From NCBI GenBank assembly GCA_965226795.1, contig CBDDDZ010000003.1, positions 384,001 through 448,000 on the forward strand: DNA of 64,000 nt, in the 5' to 3' direction. Positions 61,657 through 64,000 of this stretch are shown here, in pieces. How positions within the stretch are numbered: position 1 is the stretch's first letter; each line of letters begins with the position of its first letter. Origin of the DNA: Candidatus Latescibacterota bacterium (GTDB lineage Bacteria; Latescibacterota; UBA2968; GCA-2709665). A model generated the notes under the pieces. That model worked only from the letters and a program-made list of their open reading frames with translations. It was not told the DNA's origin and did no database searches. A program made the translations under genes and the position numbers.

Positions 61657-63012
61657 CTATTTACCGATACAAAACCTACTGAAAATCCGGTCCAGGATCT
61701 CCTCCGACGTGGTGTCGCCGACAATTTCAGCCAGCGCGTCGGCCGCTTCCCGCAAGTCCACCGCGACCACTTCCCGTGGAAGGCCGTCGCCCAGCGCCAC
61801 CGTTCCACGGTCAAGGGCCTCTCCCGCCCGCCGCAACGCCGCGACGTGGCGTGCGTGCGTCACCACGCCGGATTCAGGATCGGAGACTTCCATAACCCGC
61901 TCGCGGATGAGCTTTCTGAGACAGCCGAGGCCCTCCCCCGTGAGGGCGGAGATGGTGAGACCCCGGAACGCGTGATCGTCCCGCCAATCGGCATGAAGGC
62001 CAAGATCCCTCTTGTTCATCACGAGAAGCACGCTTTCGGGATCCAGGCCCGCGACCATGCCTTCCAGCCCCGCGGCAGCGGGGACGGACGCATCCACTAT
62101 CAACAGCACAAGCATCGCCCGCGCAATCGCTTTCCGTGACCGCCGGGCGCCCTCGCGTTCAATCGCGTCGCGCGGCTTTGCGATACCGGCCGTGTCGATC
62201 AGCGTTACGCGAATGCCGTCCAGGGTGATGGACTCCTCAATCGTATCCCGCGTGGTTCCGGACACCGGCGACACGATAGCCCGATCCTCTTCCAGCAGTC
62301 GGTTGAGCAGGCTCGACTTGCCCGCGTTCGGGGGGCCCGCCAGCGCAACGAGGGCGCCCTCGCGTATGACTTTGCCATGCCGATACGAGGCGATCAGGCG
62401 CTCGATCTCTTCCGCCGCCCGCGCGAGCGACGGCCGTATGGCGTCCTGTTCGACGCCAGCGTCTTCGTAAAAATCCAATCCGGCCTCAAGCAACGTCAAC
62501 GAATCCCGCAGGGCTTCCGCCAGATCCTCGAACCTCGACCTCAAGCCACCGCGCAACTGGAAATAGGCGGACCGAAGACCCCGGTCCGCCCGGGCGGTGA
62601 TCATATCCGCTATCGCCTCGGCCTGGGTGAGATCGATCCGGCCATTGAGGAACGCCCGCCGCGTAAATTCGCCGGGTTCAGCCGGCCGGGCGCCCCCCGA
62701 CACGAGGGCCTCCATTGCCCGCTGCAGAAGGAGAGGGCCCCCGTGGCAGTTGAATTCAACCGTATCTTCGCCCGTAAACGACCGGGAAGCCCGCATCACA
62801 GAAACCAGCACCTCGTCCAGGTCCTGGTCTCCGACAACAAATCTGCCGTAAGTAAGGCGGCGGTCCTCAATGTGGTTCAATTCACGTGACCCACAAAAAA
62901 AACCGGAGGCGATTCCTACGGCCTCCGGACCCGTGAGCCGCACGATGCCTATCGCTGCCTCGCCGGGACCGGTGGCGATTGCGACAATGGTATCGCGATC
63001 CGAAGGTTTCAT
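61657..63012 (-). CDS. mnmE: tRNA modification GTPase
   Basis: DTIVAIAT, PGEFTRRAFLNG, GPPNAGKSS, GTTRD, DTAG, FCIGK. Confidence 0.97.
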   Translation of the reverse strand: MKPSDRDTIVAIATGPGEAAIGIVRLTGPEAVGIASGFFCGSRELNHIEDRRLTYGRFVVGDQDLDEVLVSVMRASRSFTGEDTVEFNCHGGPLLLQRAMEALVSGGARPAEPGEFTRRAFLNGRIDLTQAEAIADMITARADRGLRSAYFQLRGGLRSRFEDLAEALRDSLTLLEAGLDFYEDAGVEQDAIRPSLARAAEEIERLIASYRHGKVIREGALVALAGPPNAGKSSLLNRLLEEDRAIVSPVSGTTRDTIEESITLDGIRVTLIDTAGIAKPRDAIEREGARRSRKAIARAMLVLLIVDASVPAAAGLEGMVAGLDPESVLLVMNKRDLGLHADWRDDHAFRGLTISALTGEGLGCLRKLIRERVMEVSDPESGVVTHARHVAALRRAGEALDRGTVALGDGLPREVVAVDLREAADALAEIVGDTTSEEILDRIFSRFCIGK

Positions 63013-63024
63013 TATGACTTACCC

Positions 63025-64000
63025 TCAGTGGCTGTCGAGCACGCGTTTCACGCGTTCCATAACTTGCTGCTGCAAAATCGTGAGCAGGTTGAACATGGTC
63101 CAGTATAGGACCAGACCGGAGGACATGCTCCAGAATATCCAGGTCATGAAAACGGGCATCATGTAGACCATGACCGCCTGCTTGGGATCTTTCATGGTCA
63201 TTTTTGACTGCACAAATGTAGAGACGGCCATAAGTAGTGGCAGAAGGTGGATTTCAATACCGCCAATGAAAAACCGGTCCGGCTGCGAGAGGTCGGTAAT
63301 CCAGAACACGAACTCGGACTGGCGGAGTTCGATCGCGCCCCGGAACACATTGAACAGCGAAAAGAGGATGGGCATCTGGATGACCATCGGCAGGCAGCCC
63401 CCCAGGGGGTTCACCCCCTCCACCTTGTAGAGCTTCATCATATCCCGGCTGACCTTCTGTTGATCATCCGGGTGTTTTTTTTTCAACGCGGCGATCTTGG
63501 GCTGGAGTTGCTGCATCCTGGCGGCTGCTTCGAGACTCTTGTGCGTTAGCGGAAACACCACGATTTTGATAAGCACGGAAAAGACGATAATGACCAGGCC
63601 ATAGTTCTGAATCAGGGGATGGAGCGCGAGAAAAGCCTGGAGATTCAAATTGGTGATGGGCTTTATGATTGGCCGGAACATGGCAAAGCCATACTCCATG
63701 AACTCCTCCATCTCCAGTTCCCGGTAATTGCCCCACAGGTCCCCATTCTGCCGCCTGAGCAGATCGTAGGATTTCGGGCCGAAATAAATCCCGTATCTCT
63801 GTCCCGGATCGACGCCCTTTTCCAAGATTTCGACATTGTACCATTCGGCGGTATCTCGCATGTCGCCGCCCAGATTCAGGCCATAGCTGCCTTCCGGCGG
63901 AATCAGGGCAACCAGGAAATATTTGTTCTGAATCCCAACCCATGAGATCCGCCCCCCTGGCGGGAGGTCGCCGTCGGGTCCAAGATCCTCCACGTTCCAG
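63025..64000 (-). CDS. yidC: Membrane protein insertase (5' truncated by window edge)
   Basis: YFGPK, NYGLVII, MQQLQPKI, NPLGGCLP, WITDLSQPD, SGLVLYW. Confidence 0.96.
   Translation of the reverse strand, partial: WNVEDLGPDGDLPPGGRISWVGIQNKYFLVALIPPEGSYGLNLGGDMRDTAEWYNVEILEKGVDPGQRYGIYFGPKSYDLLRRQNGDLWGNYRELEMEEFMEYGFAMFRPIIKPITNLNLQAFLALHPLIQNYGLVIIVFSVLIKIVVFPLTHKSLEAAARMQQLQPKIAALKKKHPDDQQKVSRDMMKLYKVEGVNPLGGCLPMVIQMPILFSLFNVFRGAIELRQSEFVFWITDLSQPDRFFIGGIEIHLLPLLMAVSTFVQSKMTMKDPKQAVMVYMMPVFMTWIFWSMSSGLVLYWTMFNLLTILQQQVMERVKRVLDSH

Overview
Bacterial chromosomal window, GC-rich by eye. A lipoprotein, an Omp85-type protein and a PbpC/alpha-2-macroglobulin locus indicate a diderm. The first ~21.6 kb is a defence island built on a split type I restriction-modification locus (hsdM ... 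hsdS ... fic-hsdR). It is interleaved with AbiE, a PD-(D/E)XK nuclease and several intact or decayed toxin-antitoxin modules. It also carries a lower-GC, minus-strand five-gene operon: XRE-HTH/ImmA peptidase, metallo-beta-lactamase (MBL) ending RAPRAG-SQR, E2-E1(ThiF)-JAB fusion, 4-TM protein, and a second ComEC-like MBL. This operon looks like an extended bacterial ubiquitin-like conjugation defence system. HsdR carries an extra C-terminal Schlafen/AlbA_2-like domain. The 21.7-33 kb region holds a channel, an MFS transporter, a peptidase/PD40/Omp85 surface protein, an HNH nuclease and an IS with 6-bp target duplications that splits a secreted-protein gene. The 33-64 kb region is mostly housekeeping: sat, clpP, hemE-hemH-hemY, serS, GT2, pbpC, a fragmented alpha-2-macroglobulin, an LLM oxidoreductase, penicillin acylase, HAD, PgsA-like, FAH, mce, rsmG, mnmE and yidC. 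It also contains an exact 3x219-bp repeat rich in DnaA-box-like motifs (candidate oriC), a parS-like site, and an XRE-HTH fused to methylmalonyl-CoA mutase behind a perfect 15-bp inverted repeat. All family calls come from motif recognition by eye; no searches were run.
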